The notes: generated by a model not told the origin, from the letters alone. Numbered from the stretch's first letter, positions 25,233 to 37,155 are shown. The stretch: 64,000 bases of DNA from an uncultured Bacteroidia bacterium (GCA_963543925.1 CAUUCP010000003.1:13763-77762), one strand, 5' to 3'. Numbers and translations are program-made.

Positions 25233-26546
25233 CTAGTTCTCAATCCCTAAGAGCGCCATAATCTCCCCAACGAGATAAGTGCTCCCCCCGACAAATATGA
25301 GGTCTTCAGTCTCGGCATCCTGCTTTGCCGCCGCAAGAGCCTCGGACGAGGTTTCGAATGACTGCCCTTTCAACTCGTACGGTAAAGCACGCTGTACCAA
25401 CTCCTCTACCCTGAGTGCACGAGGCACATTGGAACGTGTAAAGTAATACACAGCCTCGGTTGGGAGTAGTGCAAGTATCCCCTCAATATCTTTATCCCCC
25501 GTGAGCCCTAGCACCATTCGGAGCTTCTTATGTGGCGTATTATTTAACTGCGCAACGACGCCACGCATCCCCTCCACATTATGCCCTGTATCGCAAATGA
25601 TGCGTGGTGATTGACTCAGCCACTGCCAACGTCCAAGAAGATGCGTACGTGCTACAACATGTCGTAAGCCGTCATGTAGTGCTTCGTCAGAGATTGCGCA
25701 ACCATACGCCCTCAACTGATCTACAGATGCAAGAACCGTGGATAGATTCCAAACCTGAATAGCGGATAGGAGATCGGTATCGAATGTTATTTGCTGGTTC
25801 TTGTAAGCGTGTTCGTAGACGAAATGCTGGTATTTTCCATCATCGGTCATCTTTTGTTCCAGACACTTCCATGTGCTAGAGGCTACGGTAAATGAGGTCT
25901 GCTGGGCAGCTGTGATAGCCGTAAAGACGCCGCGCACGGGACCTCGCGCATCCCCCACGACAACGGGCACTCCCAGCTTAACAATCCCTGCTTTTTCTTT
26001 AGCGATAGCCTCAATCGTATTACCTAGCAGGTCGGTATGATCTAGGCTCACATTTGTCACTACGCTGAGGATGGGTTGTATGATATTGGTCGAGTCGAGA
26101 CGTCCTCCTAATCCGACCTCAATGACAGCAATGTCGACCTCTTGCTCAGCAAAGTAGCTAAATGCTAAGGCGACGAACATCTCAAAGAAGGAGGGTTCGA
26201 TCTCTTCAAAGAAATCTCGGTGATTTTCGACGTAGTCCACCACGTACTGTTCGGAGATTTTCTCCCCATTCACTCGGATACGCTCTCGGAAATCTATCAG
26301 ATGAGGCGAAGTACACAGCCCCACCTTATAGCCCGCAGCCTGAAGAATACTAGCCAATGCATGTGAGACACTCCCTTTCCCATTCGTTCCCCCGACATGG
26401 ATGCAGAGGTAGGACTGGTGTGGCGCACCGTCATACATATCCAGAGCTTCACTATTGTCTAAATTAGCTTTGTAGGCTGCAGCTCCTGTACGATGGAACA
26501 TAGGGAGGGAGGATTCCAGATAAGCTATGGTCTCCTGATAGTTCAT
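25233..26546 (-). CDS. folC: Bifunctional folylpolyglutamate synthase / dihydrofolate synthase
   Basis: The 437 aa ORF has the Mur-ligase P-loop HVGGTNGKGSV, plus TSPHL..F.ERI and DHTD..LG.T...IA.EKAGI. Confidence 0.9.
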   Translation of the reverse strand: MNYQETIAYLESSLPMFHRTGAAAYKANLDNSEALDMYDGAPHQSYLCIHVGGTNGKGSVSHALASILQAAGYKVGLCTSPHLIDFRERIRVNGEKISEQYVVDYVENHRDFFEEIEPSFFEMFVALAFSYFAEQEVDIAVIEVGLGGRLDSTNIIQPILSVVTNVSLDHTDLLGNTIEAIAKEKAGIVKLGVPVVVGDARGPVRGVFTAITAAQQTSFTVASSTWKCLEQKMTDDGKYQHFVYEHAYKNQQITFDTDLLSAIQVWNLSTVLASVDQLRAYGCAISDEALHDGLRHVVARTHLLGRWQWLSQSPRIICDTGHNVEGMRGVVAQLNNTPHKKLRMVLGLTGDKDIEGILALLPTEAVYYFTRSNVPRALRVEELVQRALPYELKGQSFETSSEALAAAKQDAETEDLIFVGGSTYLVGEIMALLGIEN

Positions 26547-26604
26547 TTCTTAGATGGAAATAGATAGGAAATAGTAAGGAATCGCCCTTAATTCTTAACA
26601 GGGC

Positions 26605-28398
26605 TTACATCTGTCGTGGCGCCTCAATCCCCAGCAATAGGAGTCCGCTGCGCAGCACCTCAAGCGCTACACTAGTGAGTAATAGACGCTGTTGTTGCAA
26701 CTTGTGGTCACTCTCCCGCGCAATGGGACACTCGTGATAGAATTGATTGAAACGACAAGCGAGGTCGTAGACATAATTTGCCACGATGGCTGGACTCAAC
26801 TTTGTGGCCGCCTCGGCGATCACCCGCTCATACTCGTGCAAGGCTACTAAAAGCGTGCGTTCGTAACGATTAAACGAAGTACCAAGCAAAGAACTCTCCT
26901 GCCCCTGCAATCCCTCAACGAGCTCGGAGAGCTTGGTCAAAATAGACTGTGCACGCGCACAGGTATATTGGAGGAAAGGTCCCGTATTGCCATTGAAATC
27001 GACAGACTCTTTGGGATTGAACATCATCCCCTTTGCAGGGTCTATTTTTAGCATAAAGTACTTCAGCGCTCCAAGCCCAACCTGCCGATAGATCTCTGCC
27101 GCCTCGTTAGCGTCAAGATTTGCAGCCTTACCTTGCTCTTGTCCGATACGCTCAGCCTCTGCAATAAGCTCTGCGATAAGGTCGTCCGCATCTACAACAG
27201 TCCCCTCACGCGACTTCATTTTTCCCTCGGGGAGGGTTATCATGCCGTAACTCAGATGGAAAAGACGCTCGCTCCAGGCAAAACCCAAACGTCCTAGCAA
27301 TTTACGCAGGACTTGGAAATGATACTCTTGCTCATTGCCCACCACGTAGACGATATCGTCTAGACTGTACTCTCTGAAACGCTCTACGGCCGTACCGAGG
27401 TCTTGTGTCATATACACAGAAGTACCATCCGAGCGTAACAGGAGCTTTTCATCAAGCCCCTCGTCGCGTAAGTCTACCCAAACGGAACCGTCGTCGTGCC
27501 GTTGTAGAATACCGTCCGCCAACCCTTGCTCTACAATTTTTTTCCCAAGAAGATAGGTCTGCGATTCGTAGTAAATCTTATCGAAATGCACCCCGAGAGC
27601 TGCGTAGGTAGCATCAAAACCTTGGTAGACCCATCCGTTCATTTTTTCCCACAAGGCGCGCGTCTCTGGGTCGTTAGCTTCCCATTTTCGAAGAAGCTCC
27701 TGCACCTCAAGGAGAATAGGAGCTTGTTTCTTTGCCTCTTCTTCTGTGAGACCTTTGGCTTGAAGCTCCTCTACCTGTTGGCGATAAGCTTTGTCATACT
27801 GGACATAATAATCGCCGACGAAGTGATCTCCTTTGACTCCCGTAGTGTCAGGAGTCGCCCCATTTCCGAAATGCAGCCAGGCGACCATAGACTTGCAGAT
27901 ATGGATACCGCGGTCATTGACTAAGTTCGCCATAATAACCTCAGTACCTGCAGCCTTGAGGATTTGACTCACCGACCAACCGAGGAGATTGTTGCGCACA
28001 TGTCCCAAGTGAAGTGGCTTATTCGTATTTGGGGAACTGTACTCGACCATCACCCGTCGCCCAGTTTTTTGCGCGAACCCCCAGTTTGGAGTTTTATAGC
28101 TCTGAAAAAGCCCTTGCGCAAGATAGTCGTCAGCGAGCGAGAGGTTCAAAAATCCTTTGACAACATTGTACTTCGCCACCTTGGTTGAGTGTTCGACCAA
28201 CCACTTCCCGAGATCCTCGGCAAGGAGCTCTGGCTTGGTATGTGCGAGCTTAATCCATGGAAAGACGACAAGCGTATATTCTCCCTCAAACTCCGCTCGG
28301 GTGTTCTGTAGTACGAGCGGGGCGAGGTCTACATCGACACCGAGACGCGCCTGAAGCGCTGCTGCGACATCGGCCCAAAGGTCGGTCATCAAATTCAT
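26605..28398 (-). CDS. argS: Arginine--tRNA ligase
   Basis: The 597 aa ORF has SSPNTNKPLHLGHVRN (HIGH region), the KMSKS-like motif GKMKSREG, and a DALR anticodon-binding C-terminus. Confidence 0.95.
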   Translation of the reverse strand: MNLMTDLWADVAAALQARLGVDVDLAPLVLQNTRAEFEGEYTLVVFPWIKLAHTKPELLAEDLGKWLVEHSTKVAKYNVVKGFLNLSLADDYLAQGLFQSYKTPNWGFAQKTGRRVMVEYSSPNTNKPLHLGHVRNNLLGWSVSQILKAAGTEVIMANLVNDRGIHICKSMVAWLHFGNGATPDTTGVKGDHFVGDYYVQYDKAYRQQVEELQAKGLTEEEAKKQAPILLEVQELLRKWEANDPETRALWEKMNGWVYQGFDATYAALGVHFDKIYYESQTYLLGKKIVEQGLADGILQRHDDGSVWVDLRDEGLDEKLLLRSDGTSVYMTQDLGTAVERFREYSLDDIVYVVGNEQEYHFQVLRKLLGRLGFAWSERLFHLSYGMITLPEGKMKSREGTVVDADDLIAELIAEAERIGQEQGKAANLDANEAAEIYRQVGLGALKYFMLKIDPAKGMMFNPKESVDFNGNTGPFLQYTCARAQSILTKLSELVEGLQGQESSLLGTSFNRYERTLLVALHEYERVIAEAATKLSPAIVANYVYDLACRFNQFYHECPIARESDHKLQQQRLLLTSVALEVLRSGLLLLGIEAPRQM

Positions 28399-28536
28399 AA
28401 CAACATCCTAAATGAATAGAAAGAGGGTTTCCTAGAAATACGCACACATCATGCATCAAGCGAGACGCAGCCTAGGCAGTAACATCGAGCCATGTTTTTA
28501 GCCACGAGGTACAAAGAGGATAGTACACTAAGCGCA

Positions 28537-31500
28537 TTATCCCACATGGTCGTTGGCACCACAGCAGTTCTTGTATTTCTTTCCACTGCCACACGGACAG
28601 GGATCATTTCTCCCAATCTTCGGTTCACGGCGTACGGGGGTGTGGTTTACAGACTGTTGCTGTTGTTGCAGGGCAGCGACCTGTGCCGCACGACGAGCAT
28701 CTTCTTCAGTTCCTCCCACTTCCTCGCGCCCCGTATGAAGTTTTTGTTGCTTACGCTGGTTAACACGACGCTCGTCGGCATCGGAGATCTGTTGCTGATT
28801 CTCAGAGGGCATCGGAAGGTGTACTCGCAAAATGAGACGCAAGACATCCCGATTTAGTGCTTGCATCATTTTTTCGAAGAGTGAATAGCCCTCAAATTTA
28901 TAGATAATGAGTGGATCCTTTTGCTCGTAGGAGGCATTTTGCACACTCTGCTTGAGTTCATCCATAGCCAACAGGTGCTGCTGCCAATGTCGGTCGATCT
29001 CGTGGAGGATGACCGTGCGCGAGATCCCCTTAATCAGTTCACGTCCTTGCGAAGCAACAGCCCGCTTGAGGTTAACGACAACTTGAATCTCCTGCTGCCC
29101 ATCAGAGAGAGGTACTACAATGTTGGTATACCGCTCACCATGCTCCTCTACCACGCTTTGGAAGACAGGATAAGCGCGCGCAGACATCGATGCCATGCGG
29201 AGCTTATAGCGATCCCAGACCATATCGCGTACCAAGACAAAGAGGCGTTCTTGATCACTTTCACGGAACTGCTGCTCGGAGATGGCATTCTCCATGGCAA
29301 ACTCTCGCATCACGGCGAGTGCAAACTCGTTGTAATCTTCTGTACCCGCAAACTCCGCCACAATATCCTCACAGACGCTTTGTACGATATCGTACATATC
29401 TTCCTCGATACGCTCACCAAAAAGAGCATTGCGACGTCGAGTATAGATTCGCTCGCGCTGCATATTCATAACGTCGTCGTACTCAAGGAGTCGCTTACGG
29501 ATTCCGAAGTTATTTTGTTCGACCTTCCGTTGTGCTTGCTCAATCGATTTAGAGACACGCGAGTGCTGGATGGCATCTCCTTCCTTATGCCCAAGGAAAT
29601 CCATAAGCCTCGCTAGGCGATCGGAACCGAAGAGACGCATCAGGTTATCCTCTGTAGAGACAAAGAAAAGCGAAGACCCAGGATCACCCTGACGTCCAGC
29701 GCGTCCACGTAACTGACGATCGACACGTCGGGACTCATGACGCTCTGTCCCAATAATGGCCAAACCACCAGCAGCGCGTACCTCGGGACTCAGCTTAATG
29801 TCGGTACCACGCCCTGCCATATTGGTAGCGATAGTCACTGTACCCTTTTGCCCAGCTTGGGCAACGATTTCCGCCTCCCGTTGGTGCTGTTTTGCATTCA
29901 GGACATTATGTGGGATCTTCTTGAACTTGAGCATTCGGCTCAGTTGCTCAGAGATTTCCACAGAGGTAGTCCCCACCAGTACAGGACGCCCAGCAGCCAC
30001 AAGGCGTTCAATTTCCTCAATCACGGCAGCAAATTTCTCACGCGCGGTCTTATAAATGATATCTGGTTGATCGTCGCGCTGTACAGGTTTATTGGTGGGT
30101 ATAACGACCACGTCGAGCTTATAAATATCCCACAACTCTCCAGCCTCGGTTTCCGCGGTTCCAGTCATCCCCGAGAGTTTTTGGTACATTCGGAAATAAT
30201 TCTGGAGCGTGATGGTGGCAAAGGTCTGCGTTGCAGCTTCGACCTTGACGCGTTCCTTGGCTTCTATAGCTTGGTGCAAGCCATCGGAATAACGTCGTCC
30301 CTCGAGTACACGTCCCGTCTGCTCGTCGACGATTTTCACCTGATTGTCAGCAATCACATACTCAACATCGCGTTCAAACATTGTGTAGGCACGCAAGAGC
30401 TGCTGTACGGTATGGAGGCGCTCCGCCTTAAGCGCATACTGACGCATCAACTCCTCGTGCGCGCGCGCCTTCGTGTCCCCCTCGAGTCCACTATTCTCAA
30501 GCTCGGCAATTCGTGTCGCAAGGTCTGGCAAAATAAAGAAATCAGGATCGGCAACAGCCTGCGAGAGGACATCAATCCCCTTGTCCGTAAGCTCGACAGC
30601 GTTCTGTTTTTCGTCTATTACAAAGAAAAGTTCGTCGGTGACAAGATGCATATTCTTGCCATTCTCTTGCATGTAATAGTTCTCGGTCTTCTGTCGGAGG
30701 TTCTTTACCCCAGGCTCACTTTCGAACTTGATGAATGGCTTGTACTTAGGCAATCCCTTGTAGACTTGTAGGAGGAGTTTCCCCTCCTTCTCGTTACTCT
30801 TTTCGTCTCCATCAAGCTTTTTCGCCTCTGCAAGGAGACTCGTTACCAATTTTTGCTGTGCCTCAACGAGGCGTTCCACTTGAGGACGGAACTCCTCGAA
30901 CATCTGGTCGTTATCTTGCGACGTAGGACCAGAGATAATCAATGGCGTACGAGCATCGTCAATAAGGACAGAGTCCACCTCGTCAACAATAGCATAATTA
31001 TGTTTGCGCTGTACGAGCCCTTGGGCGTCGAATACCATATTGTCGCGCAAGTAGTCAAAGCCGAACTCGTTGTTCGTTCCGAAGGTGATATCCGCTTGAT
31101 AGGCTTTACGTCGCGCCTCAGAAGAGGGCTCATGCAAGTCAATACAATCGACACTCAGACCATGGAATTCGTATAGGGGACCCATCCACTCAGCGTCGCG
31201 TCGAGCAAGATAGTCGTTGACCGTTACGACATGTACTCCCTTTCCAGGCAAGGCATTAAGGAAAACGGGGAGGGTTGCAACGAGGGTTTTTCCCTCTCCA
31301 GTAGACATTTCAGCAATCTTTCCTTGATGCAGCACCAGCCCCCCAATCAACTGGACATCGTAATGCACCATGTCCCACGAGAGCTCAGCCCCCCCTGCAC
31401 GCCAATGGTTCTTGTAGATCGCCTTGTCCCCCTCAATCCGCAAGAAGTCCTTTCCCGCGCCTGCAAGGAATCGGTCGAAGTCAGTGGCAGTAACGACAAT

Positions 31501-31887
31501 CTCCTCGTTATCTCGAAATCGTCTAGCGGTCTCTCGTACTAGAGCAAAGACGTCTGGGAGCACTTCGCGCAGCACGTCCTCAATAACCTCCTTAACCTCC
31601 TTCTCTAGATTTTCTATATCACGAAAAAGGGCATCGCGAGTATCAAGAGGCAGATCTTCGGTATCGAGACGTTCCCGGATAGCGGCAATTTCTTTTTCTT
31701 GTGGTGCAAAACGCTCGAGGATCTTCGCACGTATATTCTGCACTGTAGCCCGCAACTGGTCGTGAGAGAGGGTCTTGTAATTCTCTCCAGCTTGATTGAC
31801 AGCTGCGACAACAGGGGTCAATTCTTTGAGGTCTCTTTCGGCTTTCGTGCCAAAAAGGGCGGAAATCACACTTTTAATCAGACTCAT
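28537..31887 (-). CDS. secA: Preprotein translocase ATPase SecA
   Basis: The start is trimmed to the ATG at 31887 ([23 protein letters not shown]). Supporting motifs are [40 protein letters not shown] and the C-terminal zinc motif [14 protein letters not shown]. Confidence 0.95.
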   Translation of the reverse strand: MSLIKSVISALFGTKAERDLKELTPVVAAVNQAGENYKTLSHDQLRATVQNIRAKILERFAPQEKEIAAIRERLDTEDLPLDTRDALFRDIENLEKEVKEVIEDVLREVLPDVFALVRETARRFRDNEEIVVTATDFDRFLAGAGKDFLRIEGDKAIYKNHWRAGGAELSWDMVHYDVQLIGGLVLHQGKIAEMSTGEGKTLVATLPVFLNALPGKGVHVVTVNDYLARRDAEWMGPLYEFHGLSVDCIDLHEPSSEARRKAYQADITFGTNNEFGFDYLRDNMVFDAQGLVQRKHNYAIVDEVDSVLIDDARTPLIISGPTSQDNDQMFEEFRPQVERLVEAQQKLVTSLLAEAKKLDGDEKSNEKEGKLLLQVYKGLPKYKPFIKFESEPGVKNLRQKTENYYMQENGKNMHLVTDELFFVIDEKQNAVELTDKGIDVLSQAVADPDFFILPDLATRIAELENSGLEGDTKARAHEELMRQYALKAERLHTVQQLLRAYTMFERDVEYVIADNQVKIVDEQTGRVLEGRRYSDGLHQAIEAKERVKVEAATQTFATITLQNYFRMYQKLSGMTGTAETEAGELWDIYKLDVVVIPTNKPVQRDDQPDIIYKTAREKFAAVIEEIERLVAAGRPVLVGTTSVEISEQLSRMLKFKKIPHNVLNAKQHQREAEIVAQAGQKGTVTIATNMAGRGTDIKLSPEVRAAGGLAIIGTERHESRRVDRQLRGRAGRQGDPGSSLFFVSTEDNLMRLFGSDRLARLMDFLGHKEGDAIQHSRVSKSIEQAQRKVEQNNFGIRKRLLEYDDVMNMQRERIYTRRRNALFGERIEEDMYDIVQSVCEDIVAEFAGTEDYNEFALAVMREFAMENAISEQQFRESDQERLFVLVRDMVWDRYKLRMASMSARAYPVFQSVVEEHGERYTNIVVPLSDGQQEIQVVVNLKRAVASQGRELIKGISRTVILHEIDRHWQQHLLAMDELKQSVQNASYEQKDPLIIYKFEGYSLFEKMMQALNRDVLRLILRVHLPMPSENQQQISDADERRVNQRKQQKLHTGREEVGGTEEDARRAAQVAALQQQQQSVNHTPVRREPKIGRNDPCPCGSGKKYKNCCGANDHVG

Positions 31888-32100
31888 AGACTTCTCATTG
31901 CTATAGACCGTGGTGGTAGACGAGGGGTTTCTTCTCTCCTTGTTACTGAAGACAAAAGTAAACATATTTAGCAAATAGGAGAGCACCAATGGTGGTGCTA
32001 CGCCCACAGGTTGAAAATGTTGTACATTTGGTATGACTAAAGAGCGCTCGTGCACATTACTTTGTGAGACTCCTTACTCATTACTAAAAACAATCCCATT

Positions 32101-33822
32101 ATGGCAGAATTAAGCGTCAAACAGAACACCATCATCCGTTACTTCCAAGATAACCCGAAAGGCTTTCTTATCCCCGATTACCAACGCCCTTATTCTTGGG
32201 AAGAAGACCAGTGTGAAAAGCTTTGGAATGACCTCTTTACATTTACCTTACCCGAACTGCAGGAGGGCAAGTTTGACTCGGATCGGAACTACTACCTCGG
32301 CTCTATCGTAACTTTTGTAAATCAAGAGGGCAAGACAGAGATCATCGACGGTCAACAGCGAATCATTACCCTAATGCTCCTTTTACGGGCTTTTTTGAAG
32401 AGTGCTGCCACGATGCCGGATCCAGAGACAAAGGCTCTGAGCATCGGGATTCAGAAATGCATTTGGCACATGGATGAGTTTGACATCAAATGCCTTGCGA
32501 CAAAGCTAGAGACTGAGGTGGCTAGCGACGACGCGAAAAGAGACTTCCTAGAAATTCTAGATACGGGGAATGCCCCTACGAATGCGAAAAATCGGTATGC
32601 CAAGAACTATCAATTCTTTGAAAAGAAGATCGAGGCGTTCAAAAAGGATTATCCTACGTACTTTGCTTATTTTCCACAGCGCGCCATGCGCAACTGTGTG
32701 CTTTTTCCGATAGAGACCTCGGATCAGAATGCTGCCTTGCTTATCTTTTCTACACTCAATGACCGCGGCCTTCCCCTCTCCGATTCCGACATCTTCTACT
32801 CTAAACTCTATAAGTTTTACAAGGAAAAGGGGGAGGTAGAAAGAAGCAATTTTGTGGAACAGTGGCGCGATCTCTCTGAGCGTTGCGAACAGCTCTTTCA
32901 TCCATTTAACGCTACGCCAATGGATGAGCTATTCATCAAATATATGTTTTACCGTCGCGCTTTGGAGAATGAGACTGGGTTGATGACCCGAGGAACGCGA
33001 AGCTTTTTTGAGAAAAATGACTACAGTGTTTTACGAAAAGACGAGGTTTTTCCGACCTTGCAGAAGATAGCAAGCTTCTGGAGCGATATCTTTGATCAGA
33101 ATACGAGCATCTATTCTTTGGAGGTTCTCAAGCGCTTCTCTATCCTTGCGCAAGCCCCTAACCTACTCCCCTCTCACTTCATAACAGTCTACTATCTTCT
33201 TGAGCCGCCCACGAATGACGAAGCATGGCTCGACCTTTTAGAGCGCCTCATAGCCTGTATCCTGCTTTACTCCATTTGCAAACCTGGGCTTGACTACCTC
33301 CGTACACCGCTTTATAACGAAATGGCTCATTATGCCAAGGAACGAACCACTGATTTCAAGCAGTATGCCTTGTGGAATGAATCTAGTATCCGCGACGCCT
33401 TTCAGACCTTTAGCATCACGCGCAACCAATCGGTGAAATTCCTACTCTACTGGTATGCATACCAGAATCCGCAACAAGAACTTATCCCCACTGGAAAGAA
33501 GATTAGTGTCGAACATATCTTTTCCAAAAATAGAGCCTCTATCCAAGGAGCATTCAATGACCCGAACAGTGTCGAACTTTTGGGAAATAAGTCCATCATG
33601 GAGAGCAACCTCAATATTCGAGCCTCTGACTTCCGCTTCGAAGATAAACGTGCTTATTACCTCGGAACGCGTGACGACAAGCGTAAGCCTACGATGATTA
33701 GAGACCTGCGAGACCTCGCCTCAAACAAAGCAGATTTTACGGAACAAGATATTTTGGATCGTACAGAGCATATCTTCCAAACTCTTCTTGTCTTTTTACG
33801 AAGGTATGATTTGGTAAAATAA
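32101..33822 (+). CDS. DUF262 + DUF1524 two-domain protein (GmrSD-like, putative modification-dependent type IV restriction endonuclease)
   Basis: The N-terminal DUF262 hallmarks are FLIPDYQRPYSWEEDQCEKLWNDL and IDGQQRIITL. The C-terminal His-Me-finger-like DUF1524 hallmarks are SVEHIFSKN and LLGNKSIMESNLNIRASD. It is the only plus-strand gene within about 55 kb. Confidence 0.8.
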   Translation: MAELSVKQNTIIRYFQDNPKGFLIPDYQRPYSWEEDQCEKLWNDLFTFTLPELQEGKFDSDRNYYLGSIVTFVNQEGKTEIIDGQQRIITLMLLLRAFLKSAATMPDPETKALSIGIQKCIWHMDEFDIKCLATKLETEVASDDAKRDFLEILDTGNAPTNAKNRYAKNYQFFEKKIEAFKKDYPTYFAYFPQRAMRNCVLFPIETSDQNAALLIFSTLNDRGLPLSDSDIFYSKLYKFYKEKGEVERSNFVEQWRDLSERCEQLFHPFNATPMDELFIKYMFYRRALENETGLMTRGTRSFFEKNDYSVLRKDEVFPTLQKIASFWSDIFDQNTSIYSLEVLKRFSILAQAPNLLPSHFITVYYLLEPPTNDEAWLDLLERLIACILLYSICKPGLDYLRTPLYNEMAHYAKERTTDFKQYALWNESSIRDAFQTFSITRNQSVKFLLYWYAYQNPQQELIPTGKKISVEHIFSKNRASIQGAFNDPNSVELLGNKSIMESNLNIRASDFRFEDKRAYYLGTRDDKRKPTMIRDLRDLASNKADFTEQDILDRTEHIFQTLLVFLRRYDLVK

Positions 33823-33869
33823 GCTTATCCTCCTGATGAAAAAGGGATGGGTCTGGCGTTAGAAGAAAG

Positions 33870-33906
33870 AAGCCGCATCAGTTTTACCTGATGCGGCTTT
33901 TTTTGT
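33870..33906. terminator. Bidirectional rho-independent terminator between convergent GmrSD-like gene and atpG
   Basis: The stem aagccgcatcag / ctgatgcggctt (12 bp) has a 6-nt loop. A T run follows on the plus strand and a T-rich tract on the minus strand. Confidence 0.7.
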
Positions 33907-34067
33907 TTAGGACAGTATCTCCAAATCATTCAACGGTGCTGCTCCATACGACCTTCCTATCTAAAAGTCAAAGGGATGTTTCTCGCTAAAAAAAATAACA
34001 GGCTCATGAGAATTGCCCGCTACAATGTTCCAATAAGAGGAATTTTTCTCCTTCTTAGAAGTGCATT

Positions 34068-34928
34068 TTACCCCTCCAGTGCAGCAGCCCCAGAGACAAT
34101 TTCTAAGATCTCGTTGGTGATCGCAGCCTGACGTGCCTTATTATACTCAAGAGTCAATTCGTCTACCAACGTATTAGCATTGTCAGTAGCTTGCGACATT
34201 GCGGTCATACGCGCCCCGTGCTCGCCTACATAGTTATTTAATATGCAGGTATAAAGCTGTAAACGCGCAAAATGGGTCAGAGTATAAGCAAAGAAGGAGG
34301 GAGCATCTGGTTCGAAAATATACTCGTGTTTTACCACCATACTCCCCGCTGGTGGGACACACGGAAGTAACGTTTCCACCGAGGGTTCTTGTAGTGCAGC
34401 ACTACGGAAACGATTATAACAGACCACCACTCGAGAGTAACGCCCCTCCAAAAAGGCTTTCATCAACTGGTCAAAAAGCTCGGCAGTGGGGTCAAAGGCA
34501 GGCTTATCTACCAATGATTCGCTCGTGAAGACCATCGGAAAATGACGCAACCCTTCGGTCACCTTCTTTCCCAAGGCATAGAACTCAACCTCGTGCCCTG
34601 CCTCTTTCTGGACCTTCATCTGTTGCGATGCTAAAGAGATCACATTGGCATTATAGCCACCACACAATGAAGAATTTGACGACAAGACCACGATCGCCAC
34701 TGGTGCTTCTTGGTTCGCTACCTGCATCAATGGATGTGAGTAATTGGAACATGCTGCAAGAGCAATGGACATGGTGTCGCGGTACTTGTCGAGGTATTTC
34801 TGAAATTGTACCGCTTGCTCCTGTGCCTTGTGGAACTTGGCAGCAGAAACGACCTTCATCGCACTCGTAATCTTACGCGTGGACTTTACAGAACCGATGC
34901 GAATACGGATATCTTTGAGACTTGCCAT
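34068..34928 (-). CDS. atpG: F1 ATP synthase gamma subunit
   Basis: The 286 aa ORF starts MASLKDIRIRIGSVKSTRKITSAMKVVSAAKF and ends ...ITNEILEIVSGAAAL. Confidence 0.9.
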   Translation of the reverse strand: MASLKDIRIRIGSVKSTRKITSAMKVVSAAKFHKAQEQAVQFQKYLDKYRDTMSIALAACSNYSHPLMQVANQEAPVAIVVLSSNSSLCGGYNANVISLASQQMKVQKEAGHEVEFYALGKKVTEGLRHFPMVFTSESLVDKPAFDPTAELFDQLMKAFLEGRYSRVVVCYNRFRSAALQEPSVETLLPCVPPAGSMVVKHEYIFEPDAPSFFAYTLTHFARLQLYTCILNNYVGEHGARMTAMSQATDNANTLVDELTLEYNKARQAAITNEILEIVSGAAALEG

Positions 34929-35014
34929 AAAGAGAGACGCTACCTATAGTTTAGGGAATAAGAGGTCTCCGTCTATGAAAAAAGACAGAGACCTCTTGAC
35001 TTTACATGTAAAGA

Positions 35015-36601
35015 CTACTTTTTTTCTAAGAACGAGGGTAAGATCTGCGCTACAACCTTCTCGATCGTCCCAGTACATTCGTCGTCATAGACTCCTGCCC
35101 CGAGCTTATCTAGAATTGCACGTGCCGAGGTACGCATTTCTTCCAAGAAAACCTTTTCAAACTCACGCACACGTGCGACTGGGATTTCCTTGAAAAGTCC
35201 CTTTGTACCGCAATAGATCACCGCCACTTGTTCTCCGACAGGCACGGGACTATACTGTGGTTGCTTGAGCAACTCTACATTTTTCGCCCCTTTGTCCAGG
35301 ACGCTCTTAGTCGCCGCATCAAGATCGGAACCGAATTTGGAAAAAGCCTCCAATTCACGATACTGCGCTTGATCAAGCTTTAGTGTTCCTGCCACTTTCT
35401 TCATAGACTTGATTTGCGCATTACCTCCGACACGCGACACGGAGATCCCCACGTTGATCGCTGGGCGCACCCCAGCATTAAACAGTGTAGACTCTAGGAA
35501 GATCTGTCCATCGGTAATAGAGATCACATTGGTCGGGATATACGCCGAGACGTCCCCAGCCTGCGTTTCAATAATGGGTAACGCAGTAAGTGACCCTCCT
35601 CCCTTAACCATTGGTCGGAGCACTGGTGGCAAGTCATTCATTTGTTCTACCACCTCCTGCGACTCGTTTATTTTTGCCGCACGCTCCAACAGACGGCTAT
35701 GGAGATAGAAGATATCTCCTGGGTATGCCTCACGTCCCGGAGGTCTACGCAACAAGAGTGAGACTTCGCGATAAGAAACCGCCTGTTTGGAGAGATCGTC
35801 ATATACGACCAAGGCATCTCGTCCCGTATCACGGAAAAACTCTCCGATGGTAGCCCCAGCAAATGGGGCAAAGAACTGCAGCGCAGCAGGATCGGAGGCC
35901 GTCGCAGAGACGATAATGGTATAGGGCAATGCCCCAGCCTCCTCCAAAGTCTTTGCAATATTTGCAACCGTAGATCCTTTCTGACCTATTGCAACATAAA
36001 TGCAATAGACTGGCTTTCCCGCCTCGTACGCCGATCGCTGATTGATTATGGTATCAATCGCAATAGCAGTCTTTCCCGTCTGACGGTCTCCGATAATCAA
36101 CTCTCGTTGTCCACGACCGATTGGGATCATGGCGTCCACGGCCTTCAATCCCGTCTGTAGCGGCTCTTTTACCGGCTGTCGATAGACGACCCCTGGAGCT
36201 TTACGCTCTAGGGGCAATTCATAGAGTTTTCCCTCTATGGGACCTTTACCGTCAATGGGCTCGCCCAGCGTATTCACGATACGCCCCAACAATCCCTCGC
36301 CGACCATCAGCGAAGCGATACGCTTGGTACGCCGTACCAACTGTCCTTCCTTTACGAGCGTGCCATCCCCCATGAGCACGACCCCGACGTTGTCTTCCTC
36401 AAGGTTCAAGACCACGCCTCTTACTCCCGACTCAAAATCTACCAACTCATTAGCCTCAACGCCCCGGAGACCGAAGAGACGAGCAATCCCGTCGCCGACC
36501 TCTACGACACGCCCAACCTCTTCGAAATCCTTCTCTGCATTCAAGCCCAACAGTTCCTGAGAAAGGATCTCGGAGATCTCTGAAGCTTTAATTCCTGACA
36601 T
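35015..36601 (-). CDS. atpA: F1 ATP synthase alpha subunit
   Basis: The ATG is at 36601. The P-loop is [15 protein letters not shown]. Supporting motifs are [28 protein letters not shown] and ITDGQIFL. Confidence 0.95.
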   Translation of the reverse strand: MSGIKASEISEILSQELLGLNAEKDFEEVGRVVEVGDGIARLFGLRGVEANELVDFESGVRGVVLNLEEDNVGVVLMGDGTLVKEGQLVRRTKRIASLMVGEGLLGRIVNTLGEPIDGKGPIEGKLYELPLERKAPGVVYRQPVKEPLQTGLKAVDAMIPIGRGQRELIIGDRQTGKTAIAIDTIINQRSAYEAGKPVYCIYVAIGQKGSTVANIAKTLEEAGALPYTIIVSATASDPAALQFFAPFAGATIGEFFRDTGRDALVVYDDLSKQAVSYREVSLLLRRPPGREAYPGDIFYLHSRLLERAAKINESQEVVEQMNDLPPVLRPMVKGGGSLTALPIIETQAGDVSAYIPTNVISITDGQIFLESTLFNAGVRPAINVGISVSRVGGNAQIKSMKKVAGTLKLDQAQYRELEAFSKFGSDLDAATKSVLDKGAKNVELLKQPQYSPVPVGEQVAVIYCGTKGLFKEIPVARVREFEKVFLEEMRTSARAILDKLGAGVYDDECTGTIEKVVAQILPSFLEKK

Positions 36602-36621
36602 CACACAATCTTTCGATTAGA

Positions 36622-37155
36622 TTACAACTCCGATAACATACTCCGCAGTTCGCCCTGTATACTACAGTCTAGCAAAGCGTCATTCACTTCGACAGTAAAG
36701 CCCCCGATCAGATTTCGATCTTTCGAGAACTCAATTTCCACCCCATCGCCGAAACGTTTTTGCAAGAGACCGAGTATCCGCTTTTGCGCTTTCTCAGAAA
36801 GCTCTGCACTGGAGACAACCTTCGCTCGTACAATCCCGAATCGTGCTGCGTAGAAATTTCGAAACATCCTCAAAGCACGATCCAAGAAGTCCGAGCGCTG
36901 ATGTCGATACATCAACATCGCGAATGGAAGAAGGGAGGGAGCGACACGCGTGACCATACGTTCCAAAAAGCTTCTTTTTTCCTTTTCAGGAACTACGATA
37001 CTCTGTAGCATCTTACGATATTCCCCTTCGATCTGAAAGAGGACATCAAGTAATACTCCCGCATCATCATAAATGGTACGCCCCTCGCGATCATTTTCCT
37101 GAATCGTGGCGAGTAGCGCCTTTGCGTATCGAACCGAGACTCGTCCTTCGTTCAT
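36622..37155 (-). CDS. atpH: F1 ATP synthase delta (OSCP) subunit
   Basis: The ATG is at 37155 (MNEGRVSVRYAKALL...). Size and position between atpF and atpA fit this call. Confidence 0.8.
   Translation of the reverse strand: MNEGRVSVRYAKALLATIQENDREGRTIYDDAGVLLDVLFQIEGEYRKMLQSIVVPEKEKRSFLERMVTRVAPSLLPFAMLMYRHQRSDFLDRALRMFRNFYAARFGIVRAKVVSSAELSEKAQKRILGLLQKRFGDGVEIEFSKDRNLIGGFTVEVNDALLDCSIQGELRSMLSEL

Noticed and set aside
29737-30771. A 344-aa plus-strand ORF. Similar long ORFs occur at 28921-29616, 29756-30055 and 31424-31765.
   Set aside because: All lie entirely inside secA on the opposite strand. secA is unambiguous from many conserved motifs, and the antisense products are low-complexity with no recognisable motifs. 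They are typical shadow ORFs.
31888-32055. A 56-codon N-terminal extension of secA in the track ORF.
   Set aside because: SecA proteins start close to the ...FG.K..RD.K motif. [21 protein letters not shown] at the 31887 ATG fits this. The extension has no homology signal and would consume the divergent promoter region.
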